Below, one piece after another: positions 48,581 to 57,173 of a stretch of 64,000 nt of DNA. The DNA comes from Candidatus Colwellbacteria bacterium CG10_big_fil_rev_8_21_14_0_10_42_22. Its GTDB lineage: Bacteria; Patescibacteriota; Minisyncoccia; UBA6257; Colwellbacteraceae. Numbering within the stretch: position 1 is the first letter of the stretch; each line of letters begins with the position of its first letter. The stretch spans positions 2,654 to 66,653 of the forward strand of contig PFAH01000008.1 of the NCBI GenBank assembly GCA_002773725.1, written 5' to 3'. Position numbers and translations under genes: made by a program. The notes under the pieces are model-generated. The model ran no database searches and had not been told where the DNA came from. It saw nothing but the letters and a program-made list of their open reading frames with translations.

Positions 48581-50313
48581 AAATCAGAAATTTTGTCATT
48601 ATAGCCCACATTGACCACGGAAAGAGTACTCTTGCAGATAGAATGCTCGAAGTTACAGAGACGATTCCTGCGCGTGAGATGAAGGAGCAATATTTAGATT
48701 CTATGGAGCTGGAACGGGAAAGGGGTATTACTATCAAGATGGCCCCTGTAAGGATGCATTTCAAAGGCACTACTTTGAATCTAATAGATACACCTGGACA
48801 TAGTGATTTTTCATACGAGGTTTCCAGGTCGCTTAAGGCGGTTGAAGGAGCTGTTCTTTTAGTTGATGCCACTCAAGGTATTCAGGCGCAAACTCTTGCC
48901 AATCTAGAAATGGCTAAAAACAGCGGTCTTCAAATTATAGGAGCTATTAATAAGGTTGATATGAACCCACCCGGCATGGATCTTTTGATAGAAGAATTGG
49001 CAGAACTAATAGAGCAAGAACCGGATAAGATACATAGGATTTCTGCCAAAACTGGAGAAGGAGTCGAAAAGTTATTAGAAGCAATCGTTGATGAATTTCC
49101 TTCGCCTAAAAACGAACTAAAGGAAAAGGCGCTCATATTTAGCTCTCTTTACGACGAGCACAAAGGAATTATTGCTTTTGTTAGAGTATTTGGTGGTGTA
49201 TTCCAAAGAGATAAGCGCACTACTCTTCAGGCGTTTAACAAAAATTTTAAGGTTAAAGAGGTTGGCTATTTTGCCCCAGAGTTTAAAACTATTAAAGATC
49301 TTTCTGCGGGCGAAATGGGTTATATAGCAACCGGCATTAAAGATCCTGAAAAAATAAGAATCGGAGACACTATTGGCGAAGAGGCCCTCCCTGGATTTAA
49401 AGTTCCTAAACCAGTTGTTTTTGTTTCCATCTACCCCGACGGCGGAGGAGATTATGATGATCTTAAGGTAGCTCTAGAAAAGCTTAAGCTTAACGATTCA
49501 TCTCTAGATTTTATGCCCGACTCTAGTCATGTTTTAGGGAGAGGATTTAAGTGTGGATTTCTAGGGCGTCTTCATTTTGAAATTACTATGCAACGTCTCG
49601 AGCGTGAATTCGGGTTGGAGACAGTAAATAGCTTCCCATCAGTTGCATATAAAGTTGTTATGCGTGGGGGCAAGGAGTTGTTTGTAGAAAATGCTAGAGA
49701 TTTTCCAGACGATTATGAAAGAAGCTTTGAGCCAATGGTGCGCCTCAACATCTTAGTGCCCAATAGGTATTTAGGAGCTGTTTTGGGATTGAGCGAAATT
49801 TTTCGTTTGAGAGGGATAGAAACGGGCAATGCGGGTAGCAACATCATTATTAATGCCAAATTGCCTTTATCCGAATTAATCTTAGATTTTGACGATAAAT
49901 TAAAATCAATTTCGCAGGGATTCGCTTCTTTCAGCTATGAATTTGATGACTACGTAGAGGCCGAGCTTAGAAGGTTGGATATATTGGTAGCAGGCGAGAT
50001 AGTGCCGGGCCTGTCTAGGGTTGTTTATAAAGATGAGATGGAAAATGAAGGTCGGCGTATGGCGAGCAAGCTTAAGGATCTTATGCCTCGTAGACAGTTC
50101 GTTCAGCCCGTACAGGCCGTTGTCGGAGGTAAGATTGTGGCGCGAGAGAACATAAAAGCAATGCGCAAAGACGTAACAGCTCCGCTTTATGGAGGAGATG
50201 TGACCAGAAAACGTAAACTCTTGGAGAAACAGAAAAAAGGTAAAAAACGATTGGCTGGTGTTACTAGGATATCTGTCCCCCCGGAGGTCTTTAAAGAGTT
50301 GTTGAAGAAATAG
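48577..50313 (+). CDS. lepA: elongation factor 4
   Basis: 578 aa; G1 AHIDHGKSTLADR, DTPGH, NKVD, and the LepA-specific C-terminal domain. Confidence 0.93.
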   Translation: MKIRNFVIIAHIDHGKSTLADRMLEVTETIPAREMKEQYLDSMELERERGITIKMAPVRMHFKGTTLNLIDTPGHSDFSYEVSRSLKAVEGAVLLVDATQGIQAQTLANLEMAKNSGLQIIGAINKVDMNPPGMDLLIEELAELIEQEPDKIHRISAKTGEGVEKLLEAIVDEFPSPKNELKEKALIFSSLYDEHKGIIAFVRVFGGVFQRDKRTTLQAFNKNFKVKEVGYFAPEFKTIKDLSAGEMGYIATGIKDPEKIRIGDTIGEEALPGFKVPKPVVFVSIYPDGGGDYDDLKVALEKLKLNDSSLDFMPDSSHVLGRGFKCGFLGRLHFEITMQRLEREFGLETVNSFPSVAYKVVMRGGKELFVENARDFPDDYERSFEPMVRLNILVPNRYLGAVLGLSEIFRLRGIETGNAGSNIIINAKLPLSELILDFDDKLKSISQGFASFSYEFDDYVEAELRRLDILVAGEIVPGLSRVVYKDEMENEGRRMASKLKDLMPRRQFVQPVQAVVGGKIVARENIKAMRKDVTAPLYGGDVTRKRKLLEKQKKGKKRLAGVTRISVPPEVFKELLKK

Positions 50314-50331
50314 TAAACTAAAGACAAAATT

Positions 50332-50628
50332 ATGAAAAAATGGTTGGTAACAATAATTGTATTGATGATGATGACCTTGTTGGGATCCCAAGTGTATGAA
50401 CTTCAAAAAAAGAGAATTGATATATCCAAGGAATATGGCGAAATTAATGCTTCATATCAAGAAGTGGAGGAAGATAGTTCACGACTTTCAGAAAAGATAG
50501 AATATTTGTCGGAACCTCGTAATTTAGAAAAGGAATTGAGGTCGAAATTTAATTACAAATATCCAAACGAAACGCTTATAATAGTGGTGCCGAAAGATAC
50601 TGAAGGGGAATCTGGCACTGGAGAGTAA
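50332..50628 (+). CDS. FtsB/DivIC-like septum formation initiator
   Basis: 98 aa; an N-terminal TM, then the coiled coil SQVYELQKKRIDISKEYGEINASYQEVEEDSSRLSEKIEYL and a conserved PNETLIIV tail. Confidence 0.55.
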   Translation: MKKWLVTIIVLMMMTLLGSQVYELQKKRIDISKEYGEINASYQEVEEDSSRLSEKIEYLSEPRNLEKELRSKFNYKYPNETLIIVVPKDTEGESGTGE

Positions 50629-50629
50629 C

Positions 50630-50700
50630 GCGGGATTGGTACAGTGGTAGCACATCAGCTTCCCAAGCTGAAGACACGGATTCGATTTCCGTATCCCGCT
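50630..50700 (+). tRNA. tRNA-Gly (anticodon CCC)
   Basis: Hand-folded: acceptor GCGGGAT/ATCCCGC; anticodon stem TCAGC/GCTGA with loop TTCCCAA; T arm ACGGA-TTCGATT-TCCGT. One A-C mismatch in the D stem. CCA is not encoded. Confidence 0.75.
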
Positions 50701-50750
50701 CAGGGAATAATCCCCCTAGGGACGGATTAGTTATCAGCTGGGATTAGAAC

Positions 50751-50822
50751 GCCGGAGTAGCTCAGTGGTAGAGCAATCCACTCGTAATGGATAGGCCGGG
50801 AGTTCAATCCTCCCCTCCGGCT
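50751..50822 (+). tRNA. tRNA-Thr (anticodon CGT)
   Basis: Hand-folded: acceptor GCCGGAG/CTCCGGC; D arm GCTC-AGTGGTA-GAGC; anticodon stem ATCCA/TGGAT with loop CTCGTAA; T arm GGGAG-TTCAATC-CTCCC. Confidence 0.85.
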
Positions 50823-50826
50823 CAAG

Positions 50827-51786
50827 ATGATAGATAAAAATCAAAATATAGAAGAATCCAAGGTCCAATTGGGTGAGCGTCTTGATATTGAAAAGAAACG
50901 TATAGAACTCAAAAATCTAGACGCCGAAATCAGCGACCCCGATTTGTGGAAGAATAATCGAGAATTAGCGGAAGAGAAGACAAAACAAGCAGGTATTTTA
51001 AAAGAGATTATTAATGAATTTGATTCAATTACTTCAGAAAAAGATATCAAGAAGTTAGAAATAAAAGTTTTATTATCGGGCAAGTATGACGTCGGTTCAG
51101 CCACCATATCTGTTTTCGCCGGTGCTGGTGGAGATGATGCTAGTGATTGGGCGTCTATGCTTTTGGATATGTATAAAAAATATGCTGATATACGAGGTTG
51201 GAAAGTGCAATCAATCGCCGACAACGCCATCACTATAAAAGGTTCTTACGCCTATGGTTTTCTTAAAAACGAATCTGGAGTTCACAGATTGGTGAGGATT
51301 TCTCCTTACGATTCAAAAAAACTTCGCCACACATCTTTTGCTTTGGTAGAAATTTTGCCGGAATTACTTCGTGAGGATTCCGACAAGCTTAAGATTCCAG
51401 AGAGTGATATTAGATTAGAATTCTCGCGAGCGGGTGGTCCGGGTGGGCAGAATGTGAACAAGGTGGAAACATCTGTCAGAGTGGTTCATGTACCAACGGG
51501 GATTTCTGCTGGTTCTGATGCAGAGCGTTCTCAAGCCCAGAACCGCGAAAAGGCAACCAAGTTACTAAAAGCCAAACTTATTCGTTTAATGGAAGAGAGG
51601 CAAGCTAAAGAGGTTTCTGATTTGAAATCAAAAGAGAAGCCGGAGTGGGGGAGCCAGATTCGGTCGTATGTTTTGCACCCCTATAAGCTAGTTAAGGACC
51701 ATCGGACTGGCGCAGAGACCTCGAAAGCCGAAAGTGTTTTAGAGGGAGCACTTGATGAATTCATAGAAGCCGAGCTAGAATTATAG
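50827..51786 (+). CDS. prfB: peptide chain release factor 2 (no programmed frameshift, short N-terminus)
   Basis: 319 aa; the RF2-type RISPYDS (SPF-like) motif and GGQ in [20 protein letters not shown]. It starts 4 nt after tRNA-Thr. Confidence 0.85.
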   Translation: MIDKNQNIEESKVQLGERLDIEKKRIELKNLDAEISDPDLWKNNRELAEEKTKQAGILKEIINEFDSITSEKDIKKLEIKVLLSGKYDVGSATISVFAGAGGDDASDWASMLLDMYKKYADIRGWKVQSIADNAITIKGSYAYGFLKNESGVHRLVRISPYDSKKLRHTSFALVEILPELLREDSDKLKIPESDIRLEFSRAGGPGGQNVNKVETSVRVVHVPTGISAGSDAERSQAQNREKATKLLKAKLIRLMEERQAKEVSDLKSKEKPEWGSQIRSYVLHPYKLVKDHRTGAETSKAESVLEGALDEFIEAELEL

Positions 51787-51810
51787 AACAGCATTTAAAC
51801 AAGAATTCGA

Positions 51811-52497
51811 ATGATACTTTTTGAAAACGTCTCCAAGCAGTACGACGGTGGAGAGTACACCGCGCTGGAGGATATTAATTTTGAAATTAAACCCAAAGAA
51901 TTTGTTTCTATTGTTGGTAGGTCGGGCGCGGGTAAATCAACAGTTATTCGACTTTTAATAGGAGAAGAAAGACCTACGACTGGCAGGATTGTTTTTGGTG
52001 AAGATGAGATAAGCACAATGCACCCAAGAGATTTACCAAGAGTCCGTAGGGGAATAGGAACTATTTTCCAAAACTATCGTTTACTCCCAACCAAAACTGC
52101 TTATGAGAACGTTGCTTTTGCCCTAGAGGTGGCGGGTGTATCAGAACGTGAAATAGACGACATGGTGCGCGAATCTCTTGACCTAGTAGGACTTTCGGAC
52201 AAAGCAGGGAATTTCCCCCACGAACTCTCTGGTGGAGAAGCCCAGAGAGTAGCTATGGCTCGGGCTATGGTTAACCACCCTCGATTGATAGTGGCCGATG
52301 AACCTACTGGAAATTTGGACCCACTCAATACAGCTGATGTTATTAAGGTCCTTGAACAGATTAACGATTTGGGGACAACCGTGATTTTAACTACTCACAA
52401 TAGAGATGTGGTGAACAAGCTCAATAGGAGAGTCATCCAACTTGATAACGGACGTATTATTAGAGACGTAACGAAAGGGAAATACACATTAGCATAA
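51811..52497 (+). CDS. ftsE: cell-division ABC transporter ATP-binding protein FtsE
   Basis: 228 aa; Walker A GRSGAGKST, signature LSGGEAQR, Walker B LIVADEPT. Confidence 0.88.
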   Translation: MILFENVSKQYDGGEYTALEDINFEIKPKEFVSIVGRSGAGKSTVIRLLIGEERPTTGRIVFGEDEISTMHPRDLPRVRRGIGTIFQNYRLLPTKTAYENVAFALEVAGVSEREIDDMVRESLDLVGLSDKAGNFPHELSGGEAQRVAMARAMVNHPRLIVADEPTGNLDPLNTADVIKVLEQINDLGTTVILTTHNRDVVNKLNRRVIQLDNGRIIRDVTKGKYTLA

Positions 52498-53408
52498 TGT
52501 TTACCAACATTTACCGACTTTTAAAATATTCTTTTCAGAGCTTTTGGAGGCAGAAACTTCTGTCGGTTGCAACTATGGCAGTCATGCTCTTAGTGCTTTT
52601 TGTTTTTCAGGGAATATTCATATTCGGAGCAATAGGGGATAATGCCCTCGAATCGATTAAGGGCAAGATAGATGTTAGTTTGTTTTTCCAAGTGGATGCA
52701 CCGGAGGACGAGATTTTGGCTGTTAAAAATGAGGTTGAAAAACTAGATGTAGTTAAGGGGGTTGAATATATTTCACGAGAAGAGGCATTAAAGCTTTTTA
52801 GAGAAAGGCATCGGAAAGACGAAACGGTGACCCAAGCATTAGATGAGTTGGACGACAATCCACTTTCTGCTTCTTTAAACATTAAAACCCATGAAACGGA
52901 TCAATTACCCGTAGTGGCTGCTTATCTTAACAACATTGTTTCGGAATCTTTGGTGGATGAAGTAAGTTACAATGAAGACAATAAAGCAGTTATAGATCGT
53001 CTGACAGCCATCATTACGGTCAGCGAGATAGCCGGAGTAATTTTGGCACTCTTCTTGGCTATCGTTGCCATCCTAGTTGCCTTCAATACAGTTCTTTTGG
53101 GTATTTATTCAAATCGTGACGAAATATCAATCATGCGTTTAGTGGGCGCTTCAAACATATTTATTAGGGGACCATTTATAGGGTTGGGTGTGATATACGG
53201 ATTTATAACAGCTACGATTGTGATGCTTTTGAGTATTCCGGTGGTCTATGCGATGGCACCGAATGTTATCCCATTTGTACCGGATTTTGATTTGGTTAAC
53301 TGGTTCAATAGTGGATTTATCGGACTCTATTTATTGCAAATAGGTATTAGTGTATCTATTGGAGTAGTTTCCAGTATGATTGCTATCAATCGTTATTTAG
53401 AGGCCTAA
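52497..53408 (+). CDS. ftsX: cell-division ABC transporter permease FtsX
   Basis: 303 aa; an N-terminal TM, an extracellular domain, then three C-terminal TMs. Immediately downstream of ftsE with an ATGA overlap. Confidence 0.85.
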   Translation: MFTNIYRLLKYSFQSFWRQKLLSVATMAVMLLVLFVFQGIFIFGAIGDNALESIKGKIDVSLFFQVDAPEDEILAVKNEVEKLDVVKGVEYISREEALKLFRERHRKDETVTQALDELDDNPLSASLNIKTHETDQLPVVAAYLNNIVSESLVDEVSYNEDNKAVIDRLTAIITVSEIAGVILALFLAIVAILVAFNTVLLGIYSNRDEISIMRLVGASNIFIRGPFIGLGVIYGFITATIVMLLSIPVVYAMAPNVIPFVPDFDLVNWFNSGFIGLYLLQIGISVSIGVVSSMIAINRYLEA

Positions 53409-53502
53409 AATATTTAGAAATTTTTCTCCTGTGGATTTTTGAACCCTTCTCTTTTGGTGTCGTGTTAGAATGTAAATAAAGGTCAAATTAATTTAACAAA
53501 AC

Positions 53503-53760
53503 ATGAAATTAAATCCTAAAGCTTTCGGTTTAGCGTGTGGTTCTATCTGGGGAGCATTAATGGCTTTAATGACAATAATCAATCTCATACCAATGTTTGG
53601 CGGATACGCAGGCGAAATGTTGCTTGTTTTTGCCGGTATTTACCCCGGATACACCATAAGTTGGTTTGGTGTTTTGATTGGGGCGATTTACGGTTTCATA
53701 GACGCCTTTATAGGTGGATGGTTGTTTGTCTGGGTCTATAACAAATTTGATAAGGAATAA
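53503..53760 (+). CDS. hypothetical small membrane protein
   Basis: 85 aa; three glycine-rich hydrophobic helices. A TTGAAC-18-TGTTAGAAT promoter-like element lies upstream at about 53440-53472. Confidence 0.45.
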   Translation: MKLNPKAFGLACGSIWGALMALMTIINLIPMFGGYAGEMLLVFAGIYPGYTISWFGVLIGAIYGFIDAFIGGWLFVWVYNKFDKE

Positions 53761-54114
53761 ATGGAAGAGATTAAGAGTATTGATAGAGACCGTTTGAGGG
53801 GTTGGGTGAGCGATAGAAGCGACTTCGTCCTTGTTGATATAAGAGATAGCGAAGATTACAAAGAGATGCATATCCCCGGGGCCAAAAATATTGGCTTGGA
53901 GTCCAAGGATTTTTTGGGTGAAATTTCTAAGTTGGCTTCCGATAAAAAAACGACGGTTGTTATCTATTGTTATGCTGGAAATTCATCTCCCAAGGTGGCT
54001 GAAAAACTTGTAAAAGTCGGATATGAAGACGTGTACGATTTTAGTGGTGGTATGGACGATTGGGAAGATGCGGGTTATCCAGTAGAAAAGAACGGACAAA
54101 TGATTTATAGGTGA
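53761..54114 (+). CDS. rhodanese-domain sulfurtransferase
   Basis: 117 aa; active-site loop CYAGNSS, with flanking rhodanese blocks VLVDIRDSEDYKEMHIPGA and FSGGMDDWEDAGYPV. Confidence 0.8.
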   Translation: MEEIKSIDRDRLRGWVSDRSDFVLVDIRDSEDYKEMHIPGAKNIGLESKDFLGEISKLASDKKTTVVIYCYAGNSSPKVAEKLVKVGYEDVYDFSGGMDDWEDAGYPVEKNGQMIYR

Positions 54115-54189
54115 ATCTTTTCATACTTTTTTGATGTGGCCTTTATTAAATCTTCTTTATATTAATGACGAAAATAGGGGATGGGTCTT

Positions 54190-54250
54190 AAAAACAGAAA
54201 CGCCCACCAAAGATAGCGAGCAGAATCTGCTCACGTCCCCAGTGGGCGCG
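54190..54250 (-). terminator. intrinsic terminator for the minus-strand small-gene operon (CGCCCAC...GTGGGCG with inner GAGCAG/CTGCTC; U-run on the minus strand)
   Basis: Read directly: plus strand AAAAACAGAAACGCCCACCAAAGATAGCGAGCAGAATCTGCTCACGTCCCCAGTGGGCG. On the minus-strand transcript the stem is followed by UUUCUGUUUUU. Confidence 0.6.
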
Positions 54251-54263
54251 TGATGAGGTGTTC

Positions 54264-54605
54264 CTAGTTTTCGTCCTCATCTTCAGCTTCAGAGAACCAC
54301 TTCTCGTTTTCGGGGGGCGCAATTCGCACCTCGACGACGTAGGAGCCCCCACAATCGTCGAGTTCCTGTCCACAGAACGGACAGATGTACTCGAGCAATC
54401 CATTGACCCGAAGATCCCCTCCTGGTGCTCTGCCCCCCGCATTGCATTCCCATTCCGTAGAAGAGTCAGCAATGGATGCACCGATTGCCTTGAAGTGTTC
54501 CTCGACAATCTCAATACAGGCACAGACATCCGGATCGATGAGGTCTGCCGAGCATTCGAATTTTTCGAAAGCCCTGCCAACGAAGTCCAAGTCGATGGGT
54601 TTCAT
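54264..54605 (-). CDS. hypothetical acidic protein with Cys pairs (zinc-ribbon-like), GC-rich island gene 5
   Basis: 113 aa; CSADLIDPDVCAC...EWECNAGG...ICPFCGQELDDCGG and the tail EAEDEDEN. AGAAGGGA lies upstream of the ATG. Last gene before the terminator. Confidence 0.5.
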   Translation of the reverse strand: MKPIDLDFVGRAFEKFECSADLIDPDVCACIEIVEEHFKAIGASIADSSTEWECNAGGRAPGGDLRVNGLLEYICPFCGQELDDCGGSYVVEVRIAPPENEKWFSEAEDEDEN

Positions 54606-54620
54606 ACTTCTTGTTCCCTT

Positions 54621-54989
54621 CTACGCAATCCAAAGACCGTGCAGACCGGATAGTTCACGCCTGAACACTCCGCCCCTCTTCTCCACATGCTCGCGAAACA
54701 TACGAAAAACGTTGTCCACGTTCTCCGCGTCGTACCACCCATCGTATAGACCATCATCATCGAGGGCGATGTAAATGAGTCCTTTTGGTTGGAGAGAAGC
54801 ATCGTGCTGGGAAATGACCTCCTCACGTTCTTCGTCCCAGAGAAGAATGTGACCCATGTTGGGCAGAAACCCCACTCTTTTCCCGAGGATTCTTGGATGG
54901 GATTTCTCCAAGTTGGCCAATGCCGTTCCGCCGGGGTGGTGTCCCTCTGTCCATCCATACCTCGCCCTATAGAGCCAAAGCGTTTCCAT
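54621..54989 (-). CDS. hypothetical protein, GC-rich island gene 4
   Basis: 122 aa; AAGGGG 5 nt before the ATG, and 11 nt after the stop of gene 3. The alternative frame 54602..54994 looks compositionally like noise. Confidence 0.45.
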   Translation of the reverse strand: METLWLYRARYGWTEGHHPGGTALANLEKSHPRILGKRVGFLPNMGHILLWDEEREEVISQHDASLQPKGLIYIALDDDGLYDGWYDAENVDNVFRMFREHVEKRGGVFRRELSGLHGLWIA

Positions 54990-55000
54990 ATCAACCCCTT

Positions 55001-55339
55001 CTAGGTACCGATGGTGTGAATACCGCGTTGCCCCGGATACTCTGGGGCCTCGACGATGGTTCGTGTCCTCACATACGCGTCGTAGTTGTCTTCATAAACC
55101 CAACCCAGGATTATTCCATTCAGGTTGTTGTCTTCGAAGAAAACTCGAATCTTATGACCAACATGTGGCCATGCTCCGGTGTGGTAGTTGAAGTGCTCAC
55201 CCTCCATCCATGAAAGAAGCCCTCCATTGGAAAGATCGAATTGGTGAATCTGGTAAGATTCGTTCAAACGAACTTCTCCCACCATATTCGTGACATCGAC
55301 CTCGATAACCACACCAGCATGCCAATCGCGATATGTCAT
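55001..55339 (-). CDS. hypothetical protein, GC-rich island gene 3
   Basis: 112 aa from the ATG at 55339 (MTYRDWHAGVVIEV...). The ATG overlaps the stop of gene 2 in an ATGA motif, indicating translational coupling. Confidence 0.45.
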   Translation of the reverse strand: MTYRDWHAGVVIEVDVTNMVGEVRLNESYQIHQFDLSNGGLLSWMEGEHFNYHTGAWPHVGHKIRVFFEDNNLNGIILGWVYEDNYDAYVRTRTIVEAPEYPGQRGIHTIGT

Positions 55340-55500
55340 GATCTGTGTCCTCCGGTTGTTATGAAGCGACGAAATCTCGGATTGTGGCGGTTGTCCCTGC
55401 ACTCAAGTCGAGCGGGCGCAACTCGCATCTTCTTGTCTTCACGATGCAGAAGTTTGGGAGAGCCCAACGCTTGTGCAACATGTCTCCAGAAATCGTTCAT
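55336..55500 (-). CDS. hypothetical small basic protein, GC-rich island gene 2
   Basis: 54 aa from the ATG at 55500, with GAGGAAG 7 nt upstream. The ORF track extends to a GTG at 55548, which has no ribosome-binding site. Arg/His-rich. Confidence 0.4.
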   Translation of the reverse strand: MNDFWRHVAQALGSPKLLHREDKKMRVAPARLECRDNRHNPRFRRFITTGGHRS

Positions 55501-55609
55501 AGTTCTCTTCCTCAGTTGTGAAAGAGCGAAGCCCTTTCTTTTCCCCACGGGGCTTATAGGTCTTGAATATGCAATATTTATAAGAGTCAGTCAACTTCGT
55601 TAGAGTTAA

Positions 55610-55625
55610 GCTATCTCAAGATAGC
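55610..55625. promoter_or_regulatory. near-perfect palindrome GCTATCT-CA-AGATAGC in the intergenic region upstream of the gene 2-5 operon
   Basis: Read directly. A TTGACT box (minus strand, plus coordinates 55589-55594) lies next to it. Candidate operator. Confidence 0.4.
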
Positions 55626-55746
55626 CATCGGATGCCAAAGGGCACTTTATCTCTAACGGGGTCAATTTTAATACACCCAAAAATGCATGAACCCCACCTT
55701 TGTGAAATCGGGCGGGATTCACGCAGATGGGGTTGTTGGGCTCGCT

Positions 55747-55983
55747 TTAGACGCGCCCTCGGATTCTGGGAAAAGAGAAGCATCGGTCGTGCTGATGGCA
55801 CCTCTCGGCGCTGTTGTAGATAGAAAGGCGAATTTCGCAGCCCTTCTCCGCGCAAATGCGTCCCGTGGGATACACCTTGTGTTTGCGGTTGCTTCCGCCG
55901 ATTCTTCTCGCAATTGTCGGATTGCGACGCGTAGTCGCTCCTCCAAAATTGCCTCCCACTCCCTCGTTCTCAAAGAGCGGCAT
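55747..55983 (-). CDS. hypothetical zinc-finger-like small protein, GC-rich island gene 1
   Basis: 78 aa; GGGAGG with a 6-nt spacer before the ATG. Cys/His pattern CAEKGC-x12-CHQHDRC. It is the first gene downstream of the divergent promoter region. Confidence 0.5.
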   Translation of the reverse strand: MPLFENEGVGGNFGGATTRRNPTIARRIGGSNRKHKVYPTGRICAEKGCEIRLSIYNSAERCHQHDRCFSFPRIRGRV

Positions 55984-56009
55984 CTTTTTCCTCCCTATCC
56001 CGATGCCTT

Positions 56010-56126
56010 AGACCCCTAAAATACAATTTTTAATTATTAAAAGTCAATATTCGTATTTGACTAGCGAAATAAATTGTGGCAATTTCTATATGTACATTGA
56101 AGTCTAAGTTGAAGGGAGCGTTCATC
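56010..56126. promoter_or_regulatory. divergent control region between the minus-strand and plus-strand small-gene operons
   Basis: AT-rich, with AGTCAA (56042-56047) and TTGACT (56057-56062) forming an inverted pair of -35-like boxes 9 nt apart (AGTCAA-ATATTCGTATT-TGACT). Genes with good ribosome-binding sites start on both sides. Confidence 0.45.
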
Positions 56127-56405
56127 GTGCAAGACATTCCCGAAAACGTGGAACTCGGAAGTCAGCTCTATTGGGAGTATCGACTTCGCAACGAACTGAA
56201 CTCCAGATGGAATCGTGTTGCCAATCATCTCGTGGCTTTGAAGAAGCGGATGTATGAACAGAGATGTGATGACGGATGCATTCTCGGGATTTGGCACTGG
56301 CTTGTGAATCAGTGGGGAGAGTCCCTTCTGAGAAGGCGTAATGCCTGCGAGGAACGCATTCGCATTTTGGAGCACCAGATTTGGATTAAAGGAGAACGAG
56401 AATGA
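56127..56405 (+). CDS. hypothetical protein, GC-rich island plus-strand gene 1
   Basis: 93 aa from the GTG at 56127, with AAGGGAG 8 nt upstream. The ORF track ATG at 56076 lacks a ribosome-binding site. The stop overlaps the next ATG (ATGA). Confidence 0.4.
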   Translation: MQDIPENVELGSQLYWEYRLRNELNSRWNRVANHLVALKKRMYEQRCDDGCILGIWHWLVNQWGESLLRRRNACEERIRILEHQIWIKGERE

Positions 56406-56650
56406 ATGGTATGAGCATCATTCAGCGCATTGACACCGCCTTCATCCTTATAGCAAGCGTTGTCGGGTTTGTAGTTGGCGTTGTTGCGGGTTTGCTTACT
56501 GGTCTTTGTGTCCTTGTCGGCGTTGTTTTCGGTTTTGATTGGCTCCTAGAAATCAATCCGAGATATTTGGTTGCCGTTTCGGTCTTTGTTGTTTGCCTGA
56601 CGGTAATCGTGCTGGCGAGGATTCGATTGAAGAAAGAAATGCTTCTGTGA
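56402..56650 (+). CDS. hypothetical small membrane protein, GC-rich island plus-strand gene 2
   Basis: 82 aa; AAGGAG 7 nt upstream; hydrophobic stretches FILIASVVGFVVGVVAGLLTGLCVLVGVVFGF and YLVAVSVFVVCLTVIVLA. Confidence 0.5.
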   Translation: MNGMSIIQRIDTAFILIASVVGFVVGVVAGLLTGLCVLVGVVFGFDWLLEINPRYLVAVSVFVVCLTVIVLARIRLKKEMLL

Positions 56651-56886
56651 TGGAAAATCCTTCCGAGCGAACGGCGTTGGCTGTCGTCATCGGTATCGCT
56701 GTCACACTGGTGTTGGTCTGGTTTGCCTTCCGTGTGGGAGACCCCCAGTGGTTCATTCTCATCCTCGCTTTTCCTATCGGTGTCGTCTCCTTCCTCGCTC
56801 TCGTTTTCAGCTTGGTGTGCTGTCTTCAGAAGGGGATTTGCACAGCGATCATCGAAGACAAGCGCCGGCAAAAGCCGGACAGGTAA
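56650..56886 (+). CDS. hypothetical small membrane protein, GC-rich island plus-strand gene 3
   Basis: 78 aa from the ATG at 56650, overlapping the previous stop (TGATG). Two TM helices and a CC pair. The terminator follows immediately. Confidence 0.45.
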   Translation: MENPSERTALAVVIGIAVTLVLVWFAFRVGDPQWFILILAFPIGVVSFLALVFSLVCCLQKGICTAIIEDKRRQKPDR

Positions 56887-56887
56887 T

Positions 56888-56946
56888 ACCCGCACATCGA
56901 GACGCAAAACTCGCGCGTCTTAGGGGGAGATGTGCGGGTTTTGTGC
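56888..56946 (+). terminator. intrinsic terminator (ACCCGCACATC ... GATGTGCGGGT TTTGTGCTTC) with an inner palindrome GAGACGC/GCGTCT
   Basis: Read directly; an 11-bp outer stem followed by a T-rich tract. Confidence 0.65.
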
Positions 56947-56971
56947 TTCTTGGGTGTATGATTAGAGCAGT

Positions 56972-57169
56972 GTGAAGTTAAAAGAATTTCAAAAACTAGA
57001 GAACGAGGATAAGCTCGAAGAGATTTTTAAATCCGTCGAGAAGACGAGAAAGTATTTCAAAGTGACACTCATCGTCGCCTTAGTTGTTATCGTCTTACCA
57101 CTTTTAGTTTTGCCAATGATAATCGGGCAATTCTTAAATACTTACAATTTAAACGTATTAGGATTATAG
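56972..57169 (+). CDS. hypothetical small membrane protein
   Basis: 65 aa; GTG start; low GC; one TM helix. Confidence 0.35.
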   Translation: MKLKEFQKLENEDKLEEIFKSVEKTRKYFKVTLIVALVVIVLPLLVLPMIIGQFLNTYNLNVLGL

Positions 57170-57173
57170 AATA

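Noticed and set aside
50827-50900. Programmed +1 frameshift site expected at the start of prfB
   Set aside because: The ORF starts 4 nt after tRNA-Thr with a plain ATG, and no CUU-UGA-C-like slippery site with an internal SD is seen. RF2 appears to be directly encoded.
54602-54994. 130-aa minus-strand ORF in an alternative frame to island gene 4
   Set aside because: The translation is W/T/S/R-rich and low-complexity. The overlapping 54621-54989 frame has a ribosome-binding site and a protein-like composition.
55616-56019. Several overlapping ORFs on both strands (55632-55823 plus, 55687-56019 plus, 55616-55855 minus, 55719-55973 minus)
   Set aside because: Only 55747-55983 (minus) has a strong GGGAGG site and a Cys/His motif. 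The others are alternative-frame or antisense products of a stop-poor GC-rich stretch.
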